A DNA stretch of 64,000 bases from Takakia lepidozioides (lineage: Eukaryota; Plantae; Bryophyta): the NCBI GenBank assembly GCA_030704615.1, contig CM060734.1, positions 18,228,001 to 18,292,000 of the forward strand. Reading direction: 5' to 3'. The position numbers were made by a program, and so were the translations under genes. This document shows, piece by piece, positions 50,425 through 62,645 of this stretch (positions are counted from its first letter, which is position 1; the number at the start of each line of letters is the position of its first letter). The notes beneath the pieces were generated by a model. The model searched no databases, was not told the DNA's origin, and saw only the letters and a list, made by a program, of their open reading frames with translations.

Positions 50425-52425
50425 GGGGGATGCTAGAGTGTGAGCCTAGTCACACGAGCCCAGGAGCCTGTGAGCCCAAGAGCCTGACGTGAGCCCAGTC
50501 CACGTGGCACGAGAATGGGAGAAGATGCAGGGTGTATTTCCGCAGATGAGCACCCATTACCGCGGAAACACGGCAAACATGGCAAATCAACAAACACAGC
50601 AAATACGACAAATCGGCAAACTCGGCAAACACGGCAAACCCTAACCCTAATCCTTAACGTACTGCCATGTTCGTGAAGGAAAACAGACTGGGAATTAAGT
50701 TGACGTCATTACCGCAAAAACAGGGCAAACACGGCAAACCGGGGAAACAATGCAAATCAGAACCTCAAACCCTAACCCTAACCCTTAGCGAACTGCCATG
50801 TTCATGGAGGGAAACAGGGCTAGGAATTAAGCGGGCATTAGGCAGATGAGATTTATTTATTTATTTTTCCGACCCCCCCCCCCCCCCCCACCCCCGCGGG
50901 CATTGGGTAGATGTCGTCGACGATCATTGTGAATTCATGATCATGAAGAAATTGAGTGCGTTGACACACTCAGTTCTGCGTTTGGGGGGGTGGGGAAAAA
51001 AAAAAAAAAAAAAAAAAAGAATTGTTCCCCTTTTTCCCCCCTCCCCTGGGAGAACTGAGTGCGTCAACGCACTCAATTTCTTCATGATCATGATTTCAGG
51101 ATGATCATCGACGACAGGTGCGGGTCCGGATTTTCACCCCCCCTCCCCCCGAGAACTGAATGCGTCAACACACTCAATTTTTTCATGATCACGATTTCAG
51201 GATGATCATTGACGACATCAACGACAGTGTTGTGCGGGTCTGGATTTTCACCCCGGGTACCCGGCGGGTTAGGGTCAGCGTTTTTTTTATTGGCAATTTT
51301 TCGCCATTTGGCCGCTTGAAAATCCCCTTGACGAATGAAACAAAGGGAACAAGAGGTCCAAATAAGGCAGGTTTTGCCAAAAACTGGGGGTCTAAAAAAG
51401 GTCCTCGTCTGCGGACCCACGGAGGTAGCACAAATGTAGCCATGGCGGGCCCCATGTAGGATGATCTGACGGGCCAGATGAGGAGTGGGTTTAGGATTGT
51501 GGGGCCTCCTCCGTTTATCAAGGAAATGCTCGTCGCCAGTCTTACGAGAACTATACGACTTTCAACTATTTCTGTACTTCACTTTCTATTGCTTATCAAT
51601 ATCCATTTGATTCGCAAAATCTGGCAAGGGTGGAAATACATGTAGCCTAAGGAAAATTACGTAGAGTGGGCCACTACCCTACACCCAATATATATAGCCA
51701 CTCCTACCCGTTTTCAAAATCCCTAAAAAAACCCTGGTTATGATCCGGGTTACCTATCTGGATCCAAACCCGTGCCATCACCAAAAACTCGGACCCTGAC
51801 CCGGGTTCATTTTAAAACCAGACCCAGACCCGCCAGCTAGGTCCAGAACCCGTTAAACCCCTTATTCGCGGGCCAGAGTTGGTATAACCATCTCCCCTAG
51901 TTCACTAGTTGACTTTCTAGAGAGTTCTACTTTCTAGATAGTTCTACTATTGTCGGTGGGTTGAAAAGCAACTCACTAGTGGGTGTGGCTGCTGCAGGAA
52001 TATACTTATAGGAACAGTGACCACAGAAGGTTAGGGCTTGGTGAGAGTGGGGCCAGGTGGGATCGCGGCTTGGGGCTCGTCTTCAAGGTGGAGCGCTTGG
52101 GGCTGGTGGAGGGTGGGACCAGCTGCGTGAAGTGCTTGGGATGGGAGTGCTTGGGGTTGACGAAGTAGGGCTGGGGGGAATTGGGTCGATCGTCGTGTTT
52201 CTAAAGTGGACTCAATATGTCGTGTTTGCCGTGTTCGGAAATTTTGCCGTGTTCACCTCTTCTTCCAAAATATATGCTTCCACGGTAATAGGACCCCCTC
52301 TAAACCCTGTCCTCGGTTATATGACTTGCTTCTCCCTCCTCTAAACCCTAGGCTCACGCTTAGAGGGCAAAGCGTGAGCCGAGCTCCTGGGCTCATGCGG
52401 CTAGGCTCACGCCGTAGCTACGCTC
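50425..52425. mobile_element. ~2 kb non-autonomous TIR element related to families A and B
   Basis: Ends GGGGGATGCTAGAGTGTGAGCCTAG / (reverse complement) GAGCGTAGCTACGGCGTGAGCCTAG; inverted ACACGGCAAA subterminal repeats; degenerate 9-bp TSD AATCTTGCA / AATATTGAA; three internal 10-2-10 palindromes. Confidence 0.75.
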
Positions 52426-54193
52426 AATATTGAAAGATCTCAAACATATTGCGGGACCTACCCACGAATGAGGAAGGTAAGATAACCCTACGTCCGAGAT
52501 TTCGAAGTTTTATCCCTTCATTTGCAGCGTTCTCTACTATATCCGCAAGCTGACCTTGGTATACGTCAGCCCATAGTGTCTCCTGGTTCATTTATACCCA
52601 TCGCAACTGAGTTTGCTCTGTTGCAGCGCATGCATCTACAATGAATTCATGGAATAACTTTCCAGCACGAAGTATTGTAGAATGTCCATTACTTTTTGGA
52701 TATAAACGGTACGAAAAGAATTGCATGTGCATAATCTTTTTGTCGTACACATTCTATGACATTCGGGATTGCTGGGTGCCAACCAAGTTCCCCATGAGGG
52801 AACAAGAAGATATAATGTAGTAGCAAATATGTAGGATGACATTCGCTAATGCGATGTAGGAAACCACCACGGAAACAAATCACAATGTCACGAAGTGCAT
52901 TTGGAATTGCTCCATCTCCAGACAAAACAATTGGTATTACATTGGTTTGTGGGAGGTTGTAGCGTCGAACATGTCCTCCAAGTTGGAGACGCAGATGCAT
53001 CGCCAAATCCAAATTATTATTGCCAGGTACTCATTTTTAACGCAAAGTTTCATAAGCTTGTTTCATCAGCGGGACAAAAGGATTGTGTTCAAGTAGAAGT
53101 GGTTGTAGTATCAACATTGTATCTGGGCGAACTTATGGATTTTCCGCATCCGAGCTTATATGGCTTCGTTTGGGTCGTATACAGTTGCGCAAATACTAGG
53201 TATACACCGGGCTTGGGTAATAGAGCACACACCTGCTGGTCAATCTTCCGTGGATACGAAAACAACGTATGTTATCACGAAGTTCTCTAGCCACCACATC
53301 ATCACTAGCAACAATTGTTGTACCATCGAAGCAACAGTAATAAAATTTTACTTTTATGACAACATGTGCCAAATAATAGATTTCAAATACTGCTCTCTAC
53401 CAGCTTTTCGGCTATCCAATGAAGAGCACCGCAATATCGACAGACAAAATCCATATTGCCCAAGTTATGGCGCACCCCTGCTTCAGCTTGATAGAGCCAT
53501 TCTTTTGCTATAGAAAAAGATTCTGCGGTGCATGCATTAGCGACATAGGCTGCTAGCGCTCGCAACCTTTTTTTTGCTACAGAAGAAGACTCTGCGGCCC
53601 TCGCAGCTAGCAACAATGATTGGCCCTTTGTTTGTCTTTTGTGTGTACAGACGTAAATGTAAATTGGGCTTTTTTAAAATATTGGCATTCATAATATTGT
53701 TTGTAGTGTTGTTGAGATCTCCCAAACCACGGGGCCTTTGGCCCCGATTCTAAACCGTTGGGAAGCCAATGAATATGGATGCACCGACTTGGTTTCACAA
53801 AATTTGGACCTACGGCCGAGAAAAATTGAAACATGAACAATTTTCATCGCTGAAACTTCTACATTACAAAATTAAGTGCTGGAATGATACTGGAGGTCGC
53901 ACTTAGGCCTATACATAGGAGAAACACTTGGATACATAGGAGATTGCGCTTGGGCTTAGATAGGCCTTAACATAGGAGACTCACATGGGAAATTGCACCT
54001 GGTCTTAGACTTCAATTCTCCACCCATGGGCCAATGACACATGCTATCCTAGTAAAAATGGAAGAAGAGAAAAAAAAACTGTTGTCAAAGGACACATATC
54101 TTATGGTATCATTTCACCATTTCACCATTTCACCCTGAACCCTACAACTATTGCCTTTTTTTGGGAATATAAAGGTCTTTTAATGGTAATAAC

Positions 54194-54873
54194 CAATGTT
54201 GGACCGATATCATAAACATTTTATACCAGCCAGGGTCTGGTATTGTCGGTAAAGAGGCCTCCTTCAACCTGGCAGGTAATGGTATCAAAGTAGATATTAA
54301 ACTTTTAATGTACCAGTTTGGTATGTACATTGTTTTTGTTTGGCTTGGTATGGTATCGTATCAGTATTGCAAATTTCAAATCTTATACTAGAGGTATATC
54401 AATACTGGTATCAATACATCTCCATGGTAGAAATTCTCCATGGCAGGTATAATTTGGACAGATTTTTTTTTTTTAAAAAGAAAAAAAGAAAAAAGCTGAA
54501 TACCGCACTTCAGCTGCTGAAGTTCACCACTTCAGCCGCTGAGTGCCTTTATTTATAATAACAAGGAGGTCCAGAGATGGTAAGGAAAAGAGCCATTCAG
54601 GCGCACCTCCATTGCTGCACCCTAAAATTGCTGACGCTCCACATGTTGATACCTAGGGTTCAAGCGACGTCGGAAGACAGAGTATTGGTATCGACAAAGC
54701 TGCGTTCCTTGCGATACCAGGCTGGTCTGGTAGAAGCCCAAGTATTAGCGTTTTACTATATTGCCCCCAATATGTTCTGCCTCGGGTACTGCCAGTTGCT
54801 TATACCCACCTAGTCTGGTACCCTGCTGCGATACCCTTACCCCGCCTCGTCCCCATATACGGGTCCAACATTG
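54194..54873. mobile_element. hAT-like MITE, 680 bp
   Basis: Perfect 12-bp TIR CAATGTTGGACC and perfect 8-bp TSD GTAATAAC. Confidence 0.88.
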
Positions 54874-55326
54874 GTAATAACCTAGGTAACGCAGGGGTTA
54901 AGTAACTGATTTATCATCTACCCATTTTTTCTCAGCAAAGGTTAGCCCTTAAACGCCTTCTGAGTAAGGTTGCCTTTTTCCAAAAAGACTACCCTTGGGG
55001 GTGAAAAAAACTGCATTTTCCAGAAAACTTGGAATTTGGCCCCACATTACCTTCCTACCTAGAGTCTCCTGCATATACCTGCTGATTTCCAGGGCAATCA
55101 GATGAGAATTTTAAAAATGCCACCTTGCATGGGCCCATTTTGTGGCCCTAGAAAACAAAAACAAACAAATTGCAAGAGGTTTTGTTCAGGTTTGGATATA
55201 GGGATGAGATTGGATTGGGTTGATGCATTTGGCTAGTCATCCCCACCACACAGGTATCCTACTAACCAAAAAGTAGTACATTTGGCCATGTGTGCACTTT
55301 TTTGGCACTCGGTCAAAACAATGGTA

Positions 55327-55511
55327 TGACACACTGTGCAAGAAGTCAAGCCTACAAAGGGAATGGGAAGCTCTACCTCACAGCCACATGACACACTGTG
55401 CCAGAAGTCAAGCCTACAAAGGGAATGGGAAGCTCTACCTCACAGCCACATGACACACTGTGCCAGAAGTCAAGCCTACAAAGGGAATGGGAAGCTCTAC
55501 CTCACAGCCAC
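55327..55511. repeat. Three tandem copies of a ~62-bp unit
   Basis: ATGACACACTGTGC..GCTCTACCTCACAGCCAC repeated three times. Confidence 0.92.
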
Positions 55512-57086
55512 CGTAGACCGACCTTGCTTAAAAACACCTCATCTTTGTACTAATCTGAATGAGGGAAATCCAAAAAAAGATCCTGATTTTCCACTCCCCA
55601 AAAATCCACCATGCCATGTTCTTTTCAAGTTGAATAACATCTCCAAAAGTATTACTCAAATGAACTCCCTTACATTGTTCCTCTACATCAGCCGAGGCCC
55701 AAATTGGGCTGGGTGGGCATGTAGGGTTAACGAGCCGAGGCTGCCTGGATCCGACGGAAGTACCATCAATTCATTCAGTTCTTACATTGTTCCTATTGTT
55801 TTTCACACATAATATATTTTCAATTAAAAGAAACGTTGTTCTCAGAAGTCACTAATAGTGCGAAACAACGCACAGCCTTAGTGTTGTATGTACATAAGCA
55901 ATTGTCCCATCCACTTTGTTGTGTATTGAGAGGACAACCAAGTTGCAGCCCAGTGGTAATGGGCACATACCACCGCGAAAGTGGTTGTGGATTTCTATCC
56001 ACCCTTTGGTGTCACAATGGTGTCCACCTTCCTGCCTGAAGGAAGTAGGCCTTCAGGGTAAGGAGACACCACAACTTACGCTTCCTTTGCTGCTGGAAAG
56101 TGTGGAAGTTTGATTGCAACATCCCTCGCAACAGGTGTTCCTTGTATGTAGGGACACCGATCTCAAGCTTGTTTTGGTAGACTCCCCATACAAGTTGGAT
56201 TGGGTAATTCGACCTCGACTCATCAAAAGGCTAGGGTAACACCATAATTTCAGGCATACTTTATAGTCCATGGATGCTGCTACAGATGGGCATGGCATAA
56301 TGAAGAGGAAGGGGGATGGGGTCGAGTAGAGGCAGTATCGAACGCCGTAGGGACTACTTTGGTACACCAGTTGATGTGCCTTCCAGTTTTTCTGGACGGT
56401 TCAGTATCATGACTCCAAAATTCATAAAATGAGGGGGGAAGCGATGCAGGACTGCGAAGGCATCTACACTTCACTGCATCATCAGCAGACAATGATATTC
56501 TCACAATTTATGCTCAAAGACACATAAATGAGCTACTTCCCAGGTCCATGACTGGTCACCAGCAACCCAACCACCCCCCCCACCCCCGGGACAGACCCTG
56601 CAGATATCTAAGAGATCAGTTCTTCATAGGCAGATGCCATAGAGACCAACCTCAGGATAGATCTGGAGCTCCAATCCATCCACTTCTGAATGTAGTGTCC
56701 AGAGAGATAGATATATACCCACTCTTGAGTGTTGGTTTCAACATTTAGCAGGGCATTCTCCCCACAGAATATTTAACCCTCAGTTGGTTGTGGGGTTTCA
56801 GACCACTAGGTATGCTCCAATCCCAACTTGCCATAGAGTTCATACTTATACAGAGAAAGAGAGAGGGCCACACAAAGCTGTGCTAATACAACTCCATCCT
56901 ATGGAATAGTATCAGACTCAAAAAGGAAGAGCAAGAGAAAAAGAGACAAAAAGACACTGAAAATAACCTATTTCTCCCCTAAAGAGAGGTGCTGCCCTGA
57001 CTCTTTAAGGGTGGGGGTTCTGATAGAGACATAAATGCTCATATCAAAGAACCAGTCTTACATCAACAATACAGAGAGACAAACGC

Positions 57087-60000
57087 TCAAATCAGAGCAT
57101 CCAGCCTGAGATCAACAGCACAGCCATGAACTGGCCAGGACTCGTCCTGAACAAGACCGTTATGAATACACTTCCACAAGGGTGGGTCAATAGAGAGATC
57201 ACAGGCAATCACTGGGCTGTTGGACACCTGGAAGATGTACACATGATCCCCATGACCTGCACCTCTGAATTCAAAATATTCCGAAAAATTCAGGCGCAGG
57301 TTCTTGAAAATGGCATCTGGCATGACTGTGATCTTCACCCACTCCATTTGAGCAAACTGAAGCTCCCATATCCCAACACCCCACAGCCGCGACCCTTTCT
57401 CACTGTCAAGAAACCCAACCATTAGAAGCCGCCCCTTGGATTCGACAAGAAAGGGGGAGACTGCATCATACCTATGCTGCGCGAGTTCTAGTGGAGTTCG
57501 TCGCACGCCATTCACATGAACAATTTCTGGTGAATATTTGGACACCATGGCTGTGGGCAGTGACATCTTCATTAGCTGCCAGTGGCCTAGTCTGGTGTCA
57601 TATGCCAGAATTTCGTTGAATGGATGAATCATGTGATAAAGAACGCCTTTACAAACAGCACTGCTGGAGCGCATTGCCTCCCAGTTTCCAAGCACTGGCG
57701 TCCCACAGGTCTTTCTCCACCGATTGGTCTTAGACATATAGACCTCCGTAGTAAGGAGCTCATCCCCACCTGCCAGCATGGTTTGTTAATAAGTGCTAAA
57801 CAAGAGTAACTCACTATAACAAGCATTTGGGGGTTGCCAGATCCAAACAAACTTTGAACAGAATTAAGGCCAAAATTCCCATCAGCAGATCCCAACTAAA
57901 TGTCCATTACATTACAAGAGACTTGAGACCAACTTCCCCAACAATCCCTGGATCTAAAAAATACAGGATTAGTGATGAAGCACCTGAAACCTCATGGAAA
58001 CAACAGATTCTCATATCTGGTTAATGGTTGATTGGGAAAGTGATGAGGCAAGGGTAATGCCCTCAGGGTTGCTGTTGCCATATAAATGAAAAGGGTCTAC
58101 ACAGACAGCCCTCAGCAAACCATTGTCGGAGACGCTACTCTGGAAACTTGTATCATACCAAGTTTGAAGACATAAAAACGGGACCACCCTGTCATCTTCT
58201 GCGATCAGATGATAAGGGATAAGATTGAACAACCATTGCCCCAACATCCCTCTTGGACAGCCTAATATTGAAAAAGATAATTTATTTGGAAAAAGTGCAG
58301 AAAAAGAAAAAGAAAACAAATTAGAGGTGTTTACTGGGAGAAAAGGTCGAAGAAAGAAATCACATGAGATTGCTAACACAATCTTCGAATTTTATTTTCA
58401 TTTATTTTCTCGTTTAAGGGAAACCTAAGTGATGGCTACAGGCCATGAGGGGGACAACTAATCCCATTTCTGAGCCATAAGGCCATACAGGGGACAGAGA
58501 GCCCCAGCCTGAAGGGAGCCAACAGAAACCACAGAGGACTGAACCCTAACCCACAGGCCATTGCAAAGGATCAGCAAAGATGCCAAACCCACTGGGCCAC
58601 ACCCCAGATGAGCACAACAAGAAGGCCGAAGCAACTCTTATAAAACTAGAATTCGAGGGTGAAAATTTCTACCAAAGCCATCTTCCGAGGCATCGAAACT
58701 GAGTCTAGATTGATTTGAGAAATTCTGAAATTGTTTCACTAAACTTTAGAAAAAGAAAATAAAAAAAACACATGACAAGGATATTCTATTACAATTACAC
58801 ATAAAAAAGGACAAGGATATTCTATTACGTTGAGAAAAAGCCCAACAAAAAAACAAAAGTAGTGGCGGCGGCCTGGTCGGGGGTAGTAAAAGCCTGAAGA
58901 AAGCAGAAGACGTACAGACAATCACTGTTTGCCTTTTGACACGGCGGAAGGCCAAACCCCCTCAAGGCGCCGCGTCCCACGCTGGCCCCTACGATTCAAA
59001 CCCAGATTCATACGGAGTTGCAGACGCGTTTGAACTACGTCTATTGCAAACGGAATCAACAGTATTCTCGTGTTACTAAACGCTATCGAATATCCCGAGG
59101 ATGTGCCAGTGCCTGAAATGCGGTGGGTATCGCTCTAACATTCCGAAAGTGGAAGGTTATGCTACAGTACTTCCTAAGACCAAGTTCCCAACAGCACCTC
59201 GCTGGGAGCTGCTGCTGGGACAAAAAGAGTCACTTGTCTTACTCGTCCAATACAATACGCGGAGGAATGCGTTTAACAATCTATTTCCTCACAGTATGCA
59301 GGGAGGTCTATTCTCTGACTCCGGAATATAAATTGCTGCTGAAGACGTGTACACGCAAGCTGGCCTTGCATATGCAGCTTGGTGATAACAAAGTTTCGAG
59401 CACATGCATGGATGAGCCAAGAACGTGGCCAGGTTACAGATCTCCGACCACGAGATTTGGAACAAACGCCACTAAAACCACCATAGACTCACTGAATGTG
59501 GATCAAGCTTTTACACATAGCGTAGAGATTAAGATGTGGAACGGTTAACTTAACAAAGCTCAATTCCTTCACCTCCCAAAGGACAGAAGGTAGTAGTAGT
59601 AGCATTCAGTCTAGCAAGCTTCGCATGCAAACTGCGAAGTATCAGTGAAGAAGGTTGGATACCTGCTACCACAAGAGAGTAGCCCTTGCCATTGGCATCG
59701 ATCACGAGAGACACCACTGGTGATACTCGTTTATGGATGGAGCGAGGTAACCTTCGCCAAGACTTGGTGATCGGGTTACACACGCAAAATCCGCCATGTA
59801 ACTGGTATTGTAACACCAAAAGGCCCCCTGCAGCTGCACAGCAATTCCACCCAATTTGCTCATTGTTGGAGAAACCCTTGCCCAAAGATCGGGGGATGAA
59901 TGTGAGAGGCACGTTGCACCATTGATCGAGCACCGGATCGAAGGCTTGCAAGGCATCGGTCACTTTCGGCCCGTAGGTGAAGAGCCAGGACTTTTCACGG

Positions 60001-60278
60001 GGTAGATCTGAAGGAGACACAGAAATGCACCTGCCAGACAGGATGTGTCTGTCCCGTCGCTTGCAGACAGTTTGAGTAGCCACGCGCGAAGGGAAGGGCA
60101 ACCGCAGGAGAACTCGCTCGACAATCTCCCCGGGAAGTTGGCTCCACATCTGCTCATCTAGGGTTTGAGAGGTCTTGCAGGCATACCTGCAACTCTCGAC
60201 TCCATCCTCGCAACCTCCCTGCCAACCTGCAAGACCCATGTGTCCTGCCTCCCCTAGTTGTATGTTTCTGAGGCGCAT
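57087..60278 (-). CDS. F-box/kelch-like repeat protein, two exons (60278-59663, 57769-57087)
   Basis: F-box WSQLPGEIVERVLLRLP..VCK; AAAGGLL..VCNPITKSWRRLP; splicing gives VVAGGDELLTTEVY; LVESKGRLLMVG..IWEL. Start codon uncertain. Confidence 0.88.
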
Positions 60279-62645
60279 GATAATAAGCTAACAGGATCGC
60301 AAGCCGAACGAGGACAATGGAAGGTGTGAAGATGGTCAAATTCTTGAAATATAAGGGAAAAGGATCACCGAGAACTCAACGGAAAAACGCTCAATACAGG
60401 AAGGACGAGGGTAAGATGCATCCAAAGTGCATCAAGCGACCGTGTCCATACATACAAGTCCGGGTGAGAGAAGGCAAGTAGACGAAAAAGGGAGATGTTT
60501 GAATCATCCACAGAAGCTCCAGCAGCTTCACCAGCTGTTCTTAAGAAGTCAGGTAAGCTTCACACAGATAAATGCACGGGAGGCGAATAGAACCGTAAGA
60601 TGAGATGTGCGTAGCCTAGAGAATCCAGTAGAAATCGACCATCCATCTTGTGTTCCCCAGTGGACATGACAACACCAACACGCACACGCAAACACCTTAC
60701 CACTACTTCAACCGACTGTCTACTTAGACGAAGTTACGATCTCTTCGAGCCCCTGCTGCAAACCAAGGTCTTCCAAAACCCTAGCCTTTCAGACAGTCAA
60801 ACAGATGAAAGGGAGGAAAAGAGAGCGGGACTGGGATGAGCTAAAGAGAACTTCAGCGATTCAGCTTTCTCCGCCTACACACATAGACCTCCAGTATATA
60901 AGGACTGCAACTGAAGGCGTTTCGAGACTCCCACCGAGATAGCCAGATAGACAAAAACAGAGAGACAGACAGCGAAAACGAGAGGTAACAGGTAAGAGAT
61001 GACACTGACGGATTCGCGCTTTCCCTTTCCTACTAAACAAAAGAGAGAGAGAATGGAAGTGGACAGATATAAAGAAGACAACAACAGGATTGACCTCTAG
61101 TAAACTTTCCCTTTCCTACTCACAGGAAGCTGTAGAAGATACAAATGCAGACCCTGATAGCAAACGGCAGTTGCCATGAGCGCTGCGTGTGAGAGAGACG
61201 AGACAGCAAAGAACGTGCGAGAGAGGAGACGAGAGAGAGACAGCATCTGGACAAACACCCACCCTTCTTTTCTACCTTCCACGCCACACTACCTATACGC
61301 TTACCTACCTCCACCTACCTACCTACTCACACCGTATATATACGATACATTCAACCGTATCTTTCCGGGTTTATTGTTGGCCCTGCCTTTAGCAGGGACT
61401 ACGGATTCACTTGCATCGAGTACCTAAAGACCTTATATCTTGAGTGTGTCCCACCTGGGCACAAGCTCGTTATGTTCCCTATGTGTTCCATTGATGGATG
61501 AATGTAAATATTCTATGATGAATTCCGTAGATGAATGTTTACTCGCTATTTTTGTGAAGTAATGTGCTTACTTTTAGATCTATTGAAGACCTTTGTTTCT
61601 GAATATACGCTATGAACAATCCGAATGTCTTGGTGGAGAGGACTCTTGGGTTCGGCTGTCAACTTCTTGAAACGGAGATTTACATGGCAAAGAGTCTCTC
61701 GACGAACAGTGATGTGGTGAGAGCTAAGAAGGCAAATAGAGAGTGACGTCAAAGGAGGCAAATGAAAGAGACAGGCAAATGAGATAAGCAGTGGCGTGTC
61801 CTTGAAGCAAATTATCAGGAACAATTTTCAAGGTGTGCAGGTAAGATTGGTGGCTCGAGTGGTTTGGTGCACACTGTAAATGAGAGCTGCCACAGGATGA
61901 TGTGCGTCTCCCTTTCAGTCTAGTTGTTTTCTCAGGGTATATCCATGTAAGTAGATACAGTAGAAATCCCCTCTCCCCTCGTGGGTTGCTATGTATATTT
62001 GACGAGTCCAACATTGTGCCTTCTGCTGATTTACGCAGGACAAAGCCCTGAGTCACATCTGGCCTTTCTGGGTACCGATATGCTTTAGACTAGAGGAATA
62101 GACAAGCCCAGGGTGGGGAGGGAAGTTGTGGTTTCAACTTTTACCTTTGGCTTGCAAGGTCCTTCAAATCAAACTGATGGAATGTATTGTAGCTATGTAT
62201 CTGTATATCGTCTGTAACCATCACACTACCCAGTGCTATAAATTTTTGAAACTTTTAATGCTTTATCTACTTACATGTTGCTCCGCACTACTAGTGACGA
62301 CTTTTGAAAACAATGTTCCTTTTTTACAAAAAGTTTAACGTTTGTTTCATTTTGATTGCAAATATATTTCATATGAAAGAGAATAAAAATAATGTAAACA
62401 CTTAATGCATGCTTGTGATCTAATGGTACTTTCGTCGGATTTGGTTCCTTCAACTTTGTTGAGAAAAAGGGGGTACTAAGTCAATCCGTTACTTATCCTC
62501 CCAAGTTGCTCTTATTACGACCATTAGAAGGTGTTTATCTTCCAAACAGAATGCGGTAGCCATTTAGAGTGAAGTGACACCAAGTTACTTGTGTATGGAA
62601 TATTTTTTGACCACAAACCCTGTCCCTGTTCCGCCCAGCTGTCCC

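Larger units (their letters stand above)
49271..53620 (-). mobile_element. Degenerate Helitron RepHel 5' region, split by two nested insertions
   Basis: LGNMDFVCRYCGALHWIAEKL; RRYNLP..RDIVI..HRISECHPTY..FLFPHGELGW; RVILPSSF; QDFMAITRY/FKHPDMFGTMTANPEWPEI; decayed HUH motif IEFLKR..HMHFL. Confidence 0.9.

Noticed and set aside
50637-50790. Telomeric array (AACCCT repeats)
   Set aside because: Only 2-3 units inside a TIR element's subterminal region.
57770-59662. U12 GT-AG intron in the F-box gene (donor GTATCC)
   Set aside because: Donor is GTATCCAA rather than GTATCCTT, and no convincing TCCTTAAC branch site is seen.
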